Origin: an uncultured Gemmatimonadales bacterium
Lineage (GTDB): Bacteria; Gemmatimonadota; Gemmatimonadetes; Gemmatimonadales; GWC2-71-9
Reading direction: 5' to 3'
DNA: 64,000 nt
NCBI GenBank assembly: GCA_963728915.1
Contig: CAVSLV010000001.1
Coordinates: forward strand, 1 to 64,000
Of this stretch, positions 1 through 10,520 are shown one piece after another; the stretch's first letter is position 1, and each line of letters starts with the position of its first letter. The notes beneath the pieces are model-generated. The model had not been told where the DNA came from. It ran no database searches and worked only from the letters and a program-made list of their open reading frames with translations. A program made the translations under genes and the position numbers.

Positions 1-1494
1 GCGGTTCTCGGAGAAGCCGGCGCCGCTCCGGCCCTCCTGTGCGGCGCTGCCCCCTGCCGCGGAGTCCGCCCATCCTCAAGGCGCTGGAGCGCCGCCCCGA
101 TGATCGCTTCGCCACCACCGCCGAGTTTGCCCAGGCGCTGGCGGAAGCCTCAGGGACCGCGACGCCGCCGGGAACGTCGCCCGCCACCGTGATCACCCCG
201 ACCGCGACCCGGGCGAGCAAATCGGTGGCGGTGCTCCCCTTCGCCGACCTGAGCCCCGAAAGGGACCAGGACTACTTCACCGACGGGATCGCGGAAGAAA
301 TCATCAATGCGCTTTCCAAGATCCAGGCGCTCCGGGTAGCCTCGCGCTCCTCTTCCTTCGCGTTCAAGGGGAAGAACCAGGATATCCGGGACGTGGGCGA
401 GAAGCTCGGCGTCAGCACGGTGCTGGAAGGAAGCGTGCGGAAGGCCGGCAACCGGCTCCGGATCACCGCGCAGCTCGTCAACGTCGCGGACGGCTATCAC
501 CTCTGGTCCGACCGGTTCGATCGCCAACTCGAGGATGTGTTCGAGGTCCAGGACGAAATCGCCGAGAGCATCGTCAAGGCGCTGCGCGTCGTGCTGAGCG
601 AAAACGAGAAGCGCGCCCTGGAGCAGGCCCGCCCGAGAACGTGCAGGCCTACGACTATTACCTGAAAGGCCGGCAGTTCGTCCATCAATACCGGGAGAAG
701 AGCCTCCAGTTTGCCCGGCGGATGTTTCAGCGCGCGATCGAAGTCGATTCGAATTTCGCCCGGGCCTACGCGGGGCTGGCCGACTGCAGCTCGATGCTCT
801 ACAACTGGTGGGATGCGGTGGAGGCCAACCTGAACCAGGCCGAGAGCGCGAGCAAGAAGGCCCTGGAGCTGGCCCCTGAGCTGGCCGAGGCGCACGCCTC
901 ACGCGGGTTCGCGCTCACCCTGAGCAAGCGGTACCAGGAAGCCGAGCAGGAGTTCGAGACCGCCATCCATCTCGACCCCACCCTGTTCGAGGCCTACTAC
1001 TTCTACGCCCGCACGTCATTCGAGCAGGGCAAACTGGAGGCGGCCGCCCGGCTCTTCGAGAAGTCCGCCGAGGTCCGTCCCGAGGATTTCCAGGCCCTCG
1101 GCCTCTGCTCCCAGGTCTATGAGGGGCTGGGTCGGAAGGATGCGGCCAACGAAGCGCGGCGGCGGACCGTGGCGCGAGCCGAGCGCCATCTCGAGCTCAA
1201 TCCCGATGATGCGCGCGCCTTGTACTTCCGGCGGGCGACATCGGCATGCTGGGCAACCGGGAGCGCGCATTTGAATGGCTGGAGCGGGCCCTGGCCATCG
1301 ACCCCAACGACTCCGCGGTGCTGTACAACGTGGGCTGCGTGTACTGCCTGCTCCAGGACAACGACAAGGCGCTCGAGTGCCTGCAGAAGGCGGTCTATCA
1401 CGGATACGCCCACAAGGAGTGGATGAAGCACGACTCCGACCTCAATGGCCTCCGCGAGGATCCTCGTTTTCTGAAGCTGTTGGCTAACCTCTGA
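1..1494 (+). CDS. Ser/Thr protein kinase C-terminus + TolB-like domain + TPR repeats (5' partial; split by apparent frameshifts near 70, 635 and 1230)
   Basis: End of kinase (KALERRPDDRF), SVAVLPFADLS..DYFTDGIAEEII..EGSVRKAGNRLRITAQL, then TPRs, across ORFs 39-665, 641-1426, 1246-1494; one extra C in the run near 633 rejoins the first two. Confidence 0.85.
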
Positions 1495-1509
1495 TCGTCC
1501 GTCTCGACG

Positions 1510-2343
1510 GTGATACCTCGTCGGGGGCTCCTCGCATTCTCGCTCGTGTCGGCGGCGCCGGCGAGCGCGCAGATCATCCATGGCACCGTCACCGATGCAG
1601 GCACCGGCACGCCGGTCGGTGGAGCTGGTGTCAGCGTCTTGGTCGGGAGCAGCACGCAGGCCATGTATACGGTCCTCTCCGACGACACAGGCGGGTTCGA
1701 CCTCGTCGTTCCGGCGGGCAAGGTGGTGCGTGTGCGTACCGAGCGCCTCGGTTATGACGCCGCGAGCTCGATGGCGCTGACCCTGAAGCCGGGAGAGGTG
1801 ATCGACATTGCGGTGCGGATGGGCCCCGGCGCGATCGTGCTCAGGGAAGTCGAGGTTGTGGCTCGGAGGCCGGTTGACTGGAGGCTGCAACCGTTTCTCG
1901 AGCGGGCGGCCCTCAACCGACAGGCTGGGGTGGGACACGTCTGGACCCGTGCGGATCTCCAGCGCGAGCACGCGCCCTTCGTCTCCCACGTGGTGCGGAT
2001 GATTCCTGCCCGCTTGGAAGCGCTCTGCCGAGGCACCGCCCTCTATATCGACAACCTCCCCGTCAGCGAGGAGAGCCTGGATCTGGTCATCTCGCCCGAG
2101 GACCTGGAGGGGTTGGAGGTGTATCGCACGGGCGAAATGCCGGCCGACTGGGCCACCCGCACCCTCATGGTGAGCCGCAACGGAGTGCTCGAGCTCAACC
2201 CCGACGGTTTGAAACCGTGCCTGCTGATGCTGGCTTGGCGGAGGCCGATCCAGGAGAACCGTGGCCGGGTGACCCTGGGCCGGGTCGCCGGTGTGGTGGG
2301 GTTCGTGGGCGCCGTGTTCCTGTTGAACGTACTCGCCCGATAG
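1510..2343 (+). CDS. Secreted carboxypeptidase-regulatory-like domain + TonB plug-like domain protein with C-terminal TM helix
   Basis: Signal peptide ending ASA-Q; IHGTVTDAGTG.PV.GA; ERLGY; LEGLEVYR; hydrophobic C-terminus. Confidence 0.7.
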   Translation: MIPRRGLLAFSLVSAAPASAQIIHGTVTDAGTGTPVGGAGVSVLVGSSTQAMYTVLSDDTGGFDLVVPAGKVVRVRTERLGYDAASSMALTLKPGEVIDIAVRMGPGAIVLREVEVVARRPVDWRLQPFLERAALNRQAGVGHVWTRADLQREHAPFVSHVVRMIPARLEALCRGTALYIDNLPVSEESLDLVISPEDLEGLEVYRTGEMPADWATRTLMVSRNGVLELNPDGLKPCLLMLAWRRPIQENRGRVTLGRVAGVVGFVGAVFLLNVLAR

Positions 2344-2369
2344 GTCGAAACCCGGTCAGGCCACAGCAA

Positions 2370-2394
2370 AGGCCCGGGTCGTCCGCCCGGGCCT
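2370..2394 (-). terminator. Hairpin between convergent genes, possible terminator of the sus locus
   Basis: AGGCCCGGG / CCCGGGCCT stem; only a short T run on the minus strand. Confidence 0.4.
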
Positions 2395-2417
2395 CTGGAG
2401 GCGCGCCGGCACACCGA

Positions 2418-3148
2418 TTAGCGGTTGGCCGTGTTGTCGAGCGCCCGGGTGCTGCTGGTGTTGACATCGCCGCGTGCGCCGATGGTGTAGACCCGCTGCA
2501 CCGCGAACGACACCCCGGTGCGAACGATCAGGTTCGCCCCTCCCTGGACGGCCCTGAGATCATACGCGCCCGGCGGCAGGGACACGAACGCGGTGCCCGC
2601 CTTGTAGGCCGTCGCTTCGCCGATCTGCACCTCAACCGCGGTGATCGTGTTCTTGGCGTAAAGGGTGAGCGGCTGCGCGTTGTAGATCGCGTTGACGAAT
2701 CGGACGGCGGTATTGGTGTAGTCCCACGCGGGCAGGACATCTTCCAGCACGAAAGCGTCCGAGGTCTTCGTGGTCGCGCTATAGAGACCGCTCAGATAGT
2801 ACGAGTACCCCGTTCCCGATCCGACCGTCGTCGTGGCGTCGCCGAACAGATCGGTCGCGCCCGCGATCTGGGCCCTGAAGGTGTACTGCCCTGGCGCGAT
2901 ATCGTTGTACAGGCCGCCGGATCCAGCATTGCCGTAGGCCGTTCCGGTCGTCAGGCCCACGCCGGTGATCTTCTGGTCGTTCGCGAAGAAGTTCACCTGG
3001 GCGCCCCCACGGCGAAGTTGAAGAACTTCACGGTGGCGCCCCCCGGTGGCGGCGCGGTGATATCCTGTCCGGCGTTCTTGGCGCAGGCCGTCAGCGCCAG
3101 GGCCGCACCGAGCAGCAGGAGGACCGATCGATGAGTTGTCATTTTCAT
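2418..3148 (-). CDS. DUF4397-like lipoprotein of the SusC/SusD locus (one apparent frameshift near 3000)
   Basis: MKMTTHRSVLLLLGAALALTAC lipobox; VKFFNFAVGAP|QVNFFAND restored by one C; second repeat AVRFVNAIYNAQP. Confidence 0.75.
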
Positions 3149-3155
3149 CCGCGGG

Positions 3156-4787
3156 TTACGGTTCGATGATCCACAAGGGTTTGGTATGGTAGTCCGAGTC
3201 CAGCGCGCCCACCTGCATCAACCCGTCCTTGTTCCACACATACTCGGAGTTGTAGCGAGGCCGGACCCGGTAGACCGGCTTGCCGGAATTGTCCACGTAA
3301 TAGTTCGTGGGCAACTGGAAGCCGCGGAACACCTGCGTACCGCTCACCGGATCGAGATCGGTGTAGTGGTAGCGCCGCATGTCGACCCAGACTTCGTTAT
3401 GGCCCCAGCCCCAGAGCGCGATGTACTTCTGCGACATGATATGCGACAAGGTGATTCCGGCAGCCGGAACGATGTTCGGATTGGCGAGGAATGCCGCCTT
3501 TTCGGCCGCGCTGATCGGCGTGAGGTTGCTTTCCGGCGCACCGGTATGATCGCCGCTCTGACCGTCATCGCTGTTGCGGGCGTTCACAAAGTCGATGCTG
3601 GCGGCAATGCCGTTGGTGTAGGCCGCGAGCGCGATCGCCTGGTTCCCGGCCAGATAGGCCGCTTCGGCTTTCACGAACTGCAGCTCGGCGTAGGTCATCT
3701 GCGGGAATTTCGTCTTGTCGCTGAAGATGTAGCGCGCCGGCAGCGCCAGACCACCGGTCCCCCGATAGCCGAAGACATTGTCCGGCTGTTGGGTCGCGGG
3801 CATGATGGTCAGGGCATTCCCCACGTTGGGATCCAGCCCCCGGTAGGCCTGGTCCGGTGACGGCGCGAGCATACGGCTCAGGCGCGGATCCACCGCGCCG
3901 CCGAACTGGGTGCCATCCATCAGGCCAACCGGGAAATAGGTCTGCCGGTAGGAGGGCAGGTTCCCGCGGGTGCGGCCGTAGAAATTCGTGTTGTCGTTGT
4001 TGGTGGCCTGGTAGGGCAGCAGCGCATCGTCGTCGTTGCTGGCAAACGACTTGTCCACCGCGGCGATGACATCTTGCGGCTTGTAGAGGGCGCTCTTGTT
4101 CGACAAGTGGTTCAGCGCCATGGCCTTCACCCCCCACGCCGCCTTGAGCCACTTGGCGCGATCACCCCGATAAATCAGGTCGCCCTTGGCCATATAGGTT
4201 GCGTCGACCGCTCCGTCGGTCCGTGACAGGTTGGCGATCGCGGTGTCGAGCTGGGCCAGGATGACCTCATACTGGTGGTCCTCCGAGTCGTAGTCGAAGG
4301 TGAGACGACTCTGATCGAAGACCTCGTCCAGCTTGATGATCGGCCCGTGCATATCGGTCAGCACCATCCAGCCCCAGGCCTTCATGAGGTAGCCGACCCC
4401 GAGGATGTCCCAGCGCTCCTCGGCCTGCGCCTTGGTCATCATGTCGATCAGGTTCTGGCCGAACGACCAGTAGACGTCGCGCCACTGCTCGGCGCCGTTG
4501 TCGCTGCCCGGGTCGTACCCCATGCGATCCCAGGTACTGGGCGTCGTGCTGGTGCCCGGCAGCATCCACATCTGGGTGTAGCGGCCCAGGAAACGGCCAT
4601 CGTACGCCGGCGCGGTGACCCACCAGTGCAGAATGCCCGGGAGGTAGAGGTTGGCGGAAACGACCTCCGGCGTATTCGGGTTGGTGTTCACATCCAGGAA
4701 GTTCTGGCACCCGGACATGGTCATCGCCGGGAAGACCAGCAGCAGCGCTGCGGCGCCGTTCCGGAGCGGCTTGGTTCGCTGTCTCAT
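3156..4787 (-). CDS. SusD/RagB family outer-membrane lipoprotein
   Basis: Lipobox MSGC; LDVNTNPN; YAELQFVKAEAA; IMSQKYIAL..EVWVDMRR; directly after SusC. Confidence 0.93.
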   Translation of the reverse strand: MRQRTKPLRNGAAALLLVFPAMTMSGCQNFLDVNTNPNTPEVVSANLYLPGILHWWVTAPAYDGRFLGRYTQMWMLPGTSTTPSTWDRMGYDPGSDNGAEQWRDVYWSFGQNLIDMMTKAQAEERWDILGVGYLMKAWGWMVLTDMHGPIIKLDEVFDQSRLTFDYDSEDHQYEVILAQLDTAIANLSRTDGAVDATYMAKGDLIYRGDRAKWLKAAWGVKAMALNHLSNKSALYKPQDVIAAVDKSFASNDDDALLPYQATNNDNTNFYGRTRGNLPSYRQTYFPVGLMDGTQFGGAVDPRLSRMLAPSPDQAYRGLDPNVGNALTIMPATQQPDNVFGYRGTGGLALPARYIFSDKTKFPQMTYAELQFVKAEAAYLAGNQAIALAAYTNGIAASIDFVNARNSDDGQSGDHTGAPESNLTPISAAEKAAFLANPNIVPAAGITLSHIMSQKYIALWGWGHNEVWVDMRRYHYTDLDPVSGTQVFRGFQLPTNYYVDNSGKPVYRVRPRYNSEYVWNKDGLMQVGALDSDYHTKPLWIIEP

Positions 4788-4789
4788 GG

Positions 4790-7700
4790 TCAGAATCCCA
4801 CCTTGACGCCGAAGTTGAAGGTGCGCGGCATCGGGAAGTTGCCGAAATCGATCCCGACCCCGCCGGAGCCGCCGGTAGCGGCGGTGTTGCCGTTGACGAT
4901 GGGATCGAGCCCGGTGTAGTTGGTAATCAGGAACAGGTCGGTGGCCGTGACGTACACGCTGGCCGCCTTCGCGCCGAGGAAACCCGGCGGCAGGCTGTAC
5001 GAGAGCGTCGCATCTCTCATCCGCAACCAGTTGATGTTCTTTTCAATGAAGAGTTCCTCGCTCATACTGGTGTAGTACGCGGTGTTCACGGCCGGGACCA
5101 CGACGATGTTGTTGACGGTCGGGGTCGGACTGTTCTCATTGCCGTCCTTCAGGATTCCCGGCACGATGCGCGGCGTTTCCCGGTCGAGCGTACTGGTCGC
5201 CAGGCCGCGTACCGTCAGCCAGTGCTGGGTGGCATTGAAGACATCGCCGCCCTTGCGGATGTCGAGCAGGAAGTCGAAGCCCAGGCGCTTGTACTTGAAC
5301 CGGTTGGTCAAGCCGATCGTGAAGGCCGGCTGGCGATCGTAGCCGTAGTCCTTGAACGCGGACACGTCGCGCAACGGCAGGCCGCTGGTCGGATCGATCA
5401 GCAGCTGACCCAGCTTGCCGGCGCTGTCCGAGGCCACGCGCTGATAGAAGAATCCGGTCAGCGACATGGTCGAGATGCCCGGCATGGTGCCGTTCCGCAC
5501 GTTGCCGTAGAGCCAGGTATCGGAGTTGTAGAACTCGACCTGATCGAACGGCAGGGAGACGGTGATGCCGCGGGAATGGTTGAAATTGGCCAGCACGTCC
5601 CACGAGAAATTGCGCCCCAGCACCGGGGTGCCGCGCAGGGTCAGCTCGATCCCGGTGTTGCGCGTGGTCGCGCCATTCAGGTTGAACAGAATGAACCCGG
5701 TGCCATAGCTGCCCCGGACATTCTGCACGATCTGGTCCTTGGTGGTCTTGCGATAGAAGGCGGCTTCCAGACCCAGCCGGTCATCGAAAAAGCCCAGCTC
5801 GGTGCCGATCTCGTAGGACTTCGCGAATTCCGGCTTCAGGTTGACGTTGGGCCCCCAGAAATCGTACCGGAAGCCGCCGCCCGTGGTGGTCGCGCTGAGC
5901 AGCGATGGTCGGTACGCATAGGGACTGGCGTCACGCCCGACCTCGGCGAACGCGGCGGTGAGACGGCCGCTGGTCAGGATCTTCCGAACCGCCGGGAAGG
6001 CGTCCGAGAACACGAAGCTCCCGTTGACGCCCGGGTAGAAGAAGGAGTTGCGCGACCGGGGGATGGTCGAGGTCCAGTCGTTCCGGCCGGTCAGATTGAC
6101 GAACAGATAGTTGTTGTAGCCCAGGGTGGCCGAGCCGAAGGTGCTCATCCGGCGACGGCGGATCAGCACCGTCCGGTTGGTGCGTTTCGTGATGTCCGTG
6201 TTGTTGATGGAGACGAAGTTCGGATCCAGGTAGTTCATACCTTCCAGTCCATCGTCTTCGGTCCGATAGTCCGAGATGGAGCCGCCTACGAAGCCGCTCA
6301 CCGACAACCCATGCGCCAGGTTGACGCGATTGAAGTTGAACGTGGTCTGTCCATCCAGGTTGCGGGTCAGATCGTTGGAGAGGTCGAGAATGCCGTTGTT
6401 GTTGAACCCCGCCGCGCTCTGGGGATCGCGGTTGATCAGGTACTGGGTGGTGTACGCATCGCTGCCCACGTTCAGCTTCAGAAAGCCCCAGGAGAAGGGG
6501 GCGATATTGAGGCCCAGGTTGACGGTGGTGCGATTGTCCTTGCTGTAGTTCGTGTTCTTGTTGACCGTGTAGTACGGATTATCGACTTCGCTGGCCGCCC
6601 CCAGGCTGGTGATCAGACGCCGCTGGCCCGACGGCGTCAGGTAATCGCGCGCATCGATCGTATCGGGGTACACCAGGAGGCCAAGCATGGGGCCGCCGCC
6701 CACACAGGTGGCTGGCGTGCCGCAGACGCCCTTGAACGGCTGATTGTTGGTCGCGTAGCTGTAGCTGATGACCAGGTCGGTGCTGAGCCAGTTGGTGACC
6801 TGCGCGGTCGAGCTGCCCTGCAGGTTCAGACGGTTGTAGGACATGTTGGGAATGTTGCCGGTCTGCTTGGTGGCGCCGCCGGAGATGCGATAGGTGACCC
6901 GATTATCCGGACTGGCGCCGCTGAACGAGAGATTGTGCTTCTGGCTCACCGCGGACTGGAAGAAGCCCTGGATATTGTTGTAGAAATGGGCGTTCGACGG
7001 ATACGGGGTGCCGAAATAGTAGTAGGCGCCACCGGCCTCCGCGTTCGGGCCGTACTTGGTCTGGACCTCCGGTGCTCCGCGGACGTTGGAGACGGAAACG
7101 CTGTTGGTGTATTCCAGTCCACCGGTTCCCGCCCGGCCCCGCTTGGTCGTAATGACGATCGCGCCGTTGGCGGCGTCGATGCCGTAGAGGGCCGCCGCTT
7201 CCGGCCCCTTGAGCACCGTGATGGTCTCGATGTCTTCGGGGTTCAGATCGGCGGCGCGATTGGTGAAGTCCACCCCCCGGTTGTCCAGCGAGACGGTCGA
7301 ATTCGGGGCGTCCGACGCGAAAATCGAAGTCGGCACGGTACGGTTGTCGATCGGCAGTCCATCCACGATGAAGAGCGGCTGGTTGCTGCTGCTGATGGAG
7401 CTGATGCCCCGGATGGTCACGACCGATGAGGAGCCGGGATTGCCCGAGCTCGAGGTCACATCCAGACCGGCCACTCGGCCAGCCAGGGCGTTCAGGAAAT
7501 TGGACCGCTGCGTTTGCGCGATCAGCGGGCCTTCCACGGTCTGCTGAGACGTGCCCAGGGTGCGGCGCTGGGCCGTCTGGCCCAGGGCGACCACTTCGAT
7601 CGCCTCGAGATTGACCGCGGTGAACTTCATCTGGATGTCGATCACCGTGGCATCGCCCACGTTGTGCTCGACTGCCGCGTAGCCGATGGCGCTGTACTGA

Positions 7701-7909
7701 AGCACCTGACTGGGCGCCGCGCGAATGGTGTAGGCCCCGGCCACGTTCGTCTGGGTCCCGACCCCGGTGCCTTTGACGATGACCCGCGCACCGGCCAGAG
7801 CGTTCCCCTCCTGATCGGTCACTTTGCCGGTGATTTGCTTCTGTTGCGCCAGCGCCTGGCTGGCGGGAAGCAACAGGCCCACCAGGGCGATGAGAAGTCT
7901 CTGACTCAT
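4790..7909 (-). CDS. SusC/RagA family TonB-dependent outer-membrane transporter
   Basis: Start at MSQRLLIALVG; QPLFIVDG; DLNPEDIETITVLKGPEAAALYGIDAANGAIVITTKRG; C-terminal Phe. Confidence 0.95.
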   Translation of the reverse strand: MSQRLLIALVGLLLPASQALAQQKQITGKVTDQEGNALAGARVIVKGTGVGTQTNVAGAYTIRAAPSQVLQYSAIGYAAVEHNVGDATVIDIQMKFTAVNLEAIEVVALGQTAQRRTLGTSQQTVEGPLIAQTQRSNFLNALAGRVAGLDVTSSSGNPGSSSVVTIRGISSISSSNQPLFIVDGLPIDNRTVPTSIFASDAPNSTVSLDNRGVDFTNRAADLNPEDIETITVLKGPEAAALYGIDAANGAIVITTKRGRAGTGGLEYTNSVSVSNVRGAPEVQTKYGPNAEAGGAYYYFGTPYPSNAHFYNNIQGFFQSAVSQKHNLSFSGASPDNRVTYRISGGATKQTGNIPNMSYNRLNLQGSSTAQVTNWLSTDLVISYSYATNNQPFKGVCGTPATCVGGGPMLGLLVYPDTIDARDYLTPSGQRRLITSLGAASEVDNPYYTVNKNTNYSKDNRTTVNLGLNIAPFSWGFLKLNVGSDAYTTQYLINRDPQSAAGFNNNGILDLSNDLTRNLDGQTTFNFNRVNLAHGLSVSGFVGGSISDYRTEDDGLEGMNYLDPNFVSINNTDITKRTNRTVLIRRRRMSTFGSATLGYNNYLFVNLTGRNDWTSTIPRSRNSFFYPGVNGSFVFSDAFPAVRKILTSGRLTAAFAEVGRDASPYAYRPSLLSATTTGGGFRYDFWGPNVNLKPEFAKSYEIGTELGFFDDRLGLEAAFYRKTTKDQIVQNVRGSYGTGFILFNLNGATTRNTGIELTLRGTPVLGRNFSWDVLANFNHSRGITVSLPFDQVEFYNSDTWLYGNVRNGTMPGISTMSLTGFFYQRVASDSAGKLGQLLIDPTSGLPLRDVSAFKDYGYDRQPAFTIGLTNRFKYKRLGFDFLLDIRKGGDVFNATQHWLTVRGLATSTLDRETPRIVPGILKDGNENSPTPTVNNIVVVPAVNTAYYTSMSEELFIEKNINWLRMRDATLSYSLPPGFLGAKAASVYVTATDLFLITNYTGLDPIVNGNTAATGGSGGVGIDFGNFPMPRTFNFGVKVGF

Positions 7910-8189
7910 GAGGTTGGTTCTCGCATGGCGAGGGGGGAGCAGCTGGACGGGTTTGGGGGTCGTTGCCTGGGGGAGGTAGATAGCTGCCGCCCGCGGACGT
8001 GGCGACGCGGATCGATCCCGCCGGGACAACGCGGTGCTTCATATGGCCGGTTTCATGCCCTGCTGCAGGGTTGGCCGACTCCCCGTGGACCGGGTCGGGT
8101 CCAATATATTACCGCTTGTGGCAGGGGCCGCTAGGGGTGCCAGCCCTCGCGACCTTATGGAATCTTCAAGTGGGAACGGCGGTGCCCCG

Positions 8190-8981
8190 ATGCGACGTCT
8201 CATCGTTCTCTCTCTGCTCGTACCGGTCGCGCCGAGCCTTTGCGGCGCCCAGTCGATCACCGGTACCGTGCGCGACCTGCAGGCCCCGGTACCAGGCGCG
8301 ACCGTTCTGTTCACCGACCCACGGGTCAAGAAACCGCTGCGCGCGACGACCGATTCGGCCGGTGGGTTCGTCTTCCCGCGCCTGCAACCCGGCACGTTTA
8401 CGCTGACGGTCGAGCAGGCCGGTCGCCGGTGGACCACGCCCCCCTATCAGATCGGGCTGAAGGAACGCTTGGTCGTGGCTCTTCGGATCAGCGCAGATAG
8501 CGGTCCCGCCCTCGCCCACTTCGAAACCGATCGCAGCAAGTATCTCGAAGAGGCCGGTTTCTATCAGCGCATGCAGACCCTGCACGGCTCCTTCTTTACA
8601 CGGGCGGAGATCCGGGAGTCGGGGCGCTCGTCCCTCACGCAGCTCCTCGGTAACGTGCGTGGCCTCCGGGTCGTCAGCGTTGCCGGCGGCCAGGATGTCG
8701 TATTTCGTTCGGCGGTCAGCGCAGGACTGAGTCCCCGGGACGGCTCGACGGCTCCGCGGGTGGCCCTCGATGAGACGAACCTGTGTCATCCGTCCGTCTA
8801 CGTGAACGGCACGATCACCCGCCGCGCCTCGGTTGGCGATCCGGCGACCACGCTCGACGACGTGGAGTCCATCGACAACGTTGAGGCGATCGAACTGTAT
8901 CAGGTCACCGATGTGCCCCCCCAATTCACGCGCTACAACGAGACGTGCGGCGCGATCGTCCTTTGGAGGAGGCGCGGCTAG
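8190..8981 (+). CDS. Secreted carboxypeptidase-regulatory-like domain + TonB plug-like domain protein
   Basis: Signal peptide; SITGTVRD..PVPGATV..TTDSAGGF; GFYQR..G.FFTRAEI; VEAIELY; CGAIVLWRR. Confidence 0.72.
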   Translation: MRRLIVLSLLVPVAPSLCGAQSITGTVRDLQAPVPGATVLFTDPRVKKPLRATTDSAGGFVFPRLQPGTFTLTVEQAGRRWTTPPYQIGLKERLVVALRISADSGPALAHFETDRSKYLEEAGFYQRMQTLHGSFFTRAEIRESGRSSLTQLLGNVRGLRVVSVAGGQDVVFRSAVSAGLSPRDGSTAPRVALDETNLCHPSVYVNGTITRRASVGDPATTLDDVESIDNVEAIELYQVTDVPPQFTRYNETCGAIVLWRRRG

Positions 8982-9000
8982 CGCCGAGGCACTCCACCCA

Positions 9001-10071
9001 ATGGCTACCGTCTTCTCGACCGAAACGGCACGTGCCTACCATCTCGAGCGGCTCATCGGGAAGGGAGGGTTCGGCGAGATCTTCGTCGCGGCGCCCGAAC
9101 CCCGCGGGTCACTCCCCGAGCGGGTCTGCATCAAGATCACGAACTACATGGACGGCTGGCTCCGCGAAGCGTACTTCGCGCAAGTCCTTGCCCGCGACCC
9201 GCGGGCGCTCCGGGTCTTCGACCGGTTCGTGCACGTGGACGGTCCCTCGCCCCGGTACTGCCTCGCCATGGAGTACGCCGAGCACGGGGACCTCGCCGCC
9301 TGGCTGGCGGGGAAGGGAGCCCAGCCGGAGAAGCTCGTCCGGCAGGAGATCGCCGCGATTCTGGGGCCGCTCAACACGCTCCACCGCGGACAGGCGCTCC
9401 ACCGGGATCTGACGCCATTCAACGTGTTCGTGTGCGAGAACCAGCAGCTCAAGCTGGGCGATTTCGGGATCGCAACCCACCAGCGCAATCGCCGCGGGGT
9501 GACCGCCGACGCCTTCAATCCGCTCGGCGCCCCGACCGAGATCGCCTGGGGGAAGGTGCGGAAGTGGCAACAGCGGGACGACGTCTATCAAGTGGGCCAG
9601 CTCATTGCGATGCTGCTCCGGGGCGACGTGACCAGCTCGATGCGAAGCAAGGACGTCCGGCGGTTGCCGTGCAGCGATCACCTCAAGGAGGTGATCTACC
9701 GCTGCTTGGGCGACCGGGCCAAGCGCTACGAATCGGCTGAGGAGCTGATGGCCGCGCTTCGCCATCGGCCCAAGGAGCTTGCGACCGGAAGAATCAGGAG
9801 CCTGGCCGGGCAGCGGGTGTCGTTCACCGGTTTCCTCGCACGGCCACGCAAGGAAGCGATCGCCGCGGCGAAGAAGGCCGGGGCCACGGTGCAGTCCAGT
9901 CCGGGCCCGTCAACCGACGTGCTGGTGCGGGGCAGGCCTAACGCGCTCCAGGCGGCCGGAAAGGCCGCCGGGCGGAAGCTGATGGATGTGCGCCGGCTGG
10001 CCGAGCGGGGCCATCGCATTACGGTGATCAACGAAGCCCAGTTCTGGAGGCTGGCGGGCCGGCGTCGCTGA
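9001..10071 (+). CDS. Cytoplasmic Ser/Thr kinase with C-terminal BRCT domain
   Basis: GKGGFG, VCIK, HRDLTPFN, DFG; C-terminus LAGQRVSFTGFL..RKEA..KAGA.V.SS..TDVLVRG..KL..ITVINEAQFW fits the bacterial BRCT pattern. Confidence 0.85.
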   Translation: MATVFSTETARAYHLERLIGKGGFGEIFVAAPEPRGSLPERVCIKITNYMDGWLREAYFAQVLARDPRALRVFDRFVHVDGPSPRYCLAMEYAEHGDLAAWLAGKGAQPEKLVRQEIAAILGPLNTLHRGQALHRDLTPFNVFVCENQQLKLGDFGIATHQRNRRGVTADAFNPLGAPTEIAWGKVRKWQQRDDVYQVGQLIAMLLRGDVTSSMRSKDVRRLPCSDHLKEVIYRCLGDRAKRYESAEELMAALRHRPKELATGRIRSLAGQRVSFTGFLARPRKEAIAAAKKAGATVQSSPGPSTDVLVRGRPNALQAAGKAAGRKLMDVRRLAERGHRITVINEAQFWRLAGRRR

Positions 10072-10104
10072 AGTCTTCCAGGCGTCGCGTTTCGAGGCGC
10101 CGAT

Positions 10105-10132
10105 TTGCTAATCCGCGCCTGATTCCTAGATT
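10105..10132 (+). promoter_or_regulatory. Putative sigma70 promoter of the uORF-TonB operon
   Basis: TTGCTA-N16-TAGATT, ending 10 nt before ATG 10143. Confidence 0.45.
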
Positions 10133-10142
10133 TGTCCCTGCC

Positions 10143-10520
10143 ATGCAAGTAACCCGCACGCGCCGCCTTGTCTCGGTTCTCCTCGGGCTCTGGTTCCCGA
10201 TTGCGTATGCCACGCACGGGGCCGTTTCTCGCTGCATGGCCTCCGTGGGAATGGCGCACATGGCCGAGATGCCGGGGCACTCGCATCATCCTCCCGGGTC
10301 CAACCAGCAGTCGCCTGACCAGGAGCCCTCCTGCCCCTGCTCCTGTCTTGGGGCCTGCCACATGGCTCCTCTGGCGAGTCCACCGACCGCGAACCTTGCC
10401 ATTCGGTTCTCCGGTCCCATCAGCCGGGAAACCCCGCGTTCGTTCCTGACGTCGGTCCGGGCACCGGCCGACCGCCTGCTGCCCTTCGCCACCGCCCCAC
10501 CGAGAGCCTTCTCCCTTTAG
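10143..10520 (+). CDS. DUF2946/CruR-like Cys/His/Met-rich leader protein (uORF)
   Basis: Hydrophobic N-terminus, MAHMAEMPGHSHH, CPCSCLGAC, C-terminal PFATAPP; directly upstream of a TonB receptor. Confidence 0.7.
   Translation: MQVTRTRRLVSVLLGLWFPIAYATHGAVSRCMASVGMAHMAEMPGHSHHPPGSNQQSPDQEPSCPCSCLGACHMAPLASPPTANLAIRFSGPISRETPRSFLTSVRAPADRLLPFATAPPRAFSL

Noticed and set aside
7910..8189. N-terminal extensions of SusC (from 8029) and the 8034 ORF, or a riboswitch in this gap
   Set aside because: Signal peptides begin at 7909 and 8190; no known aptamer recognised
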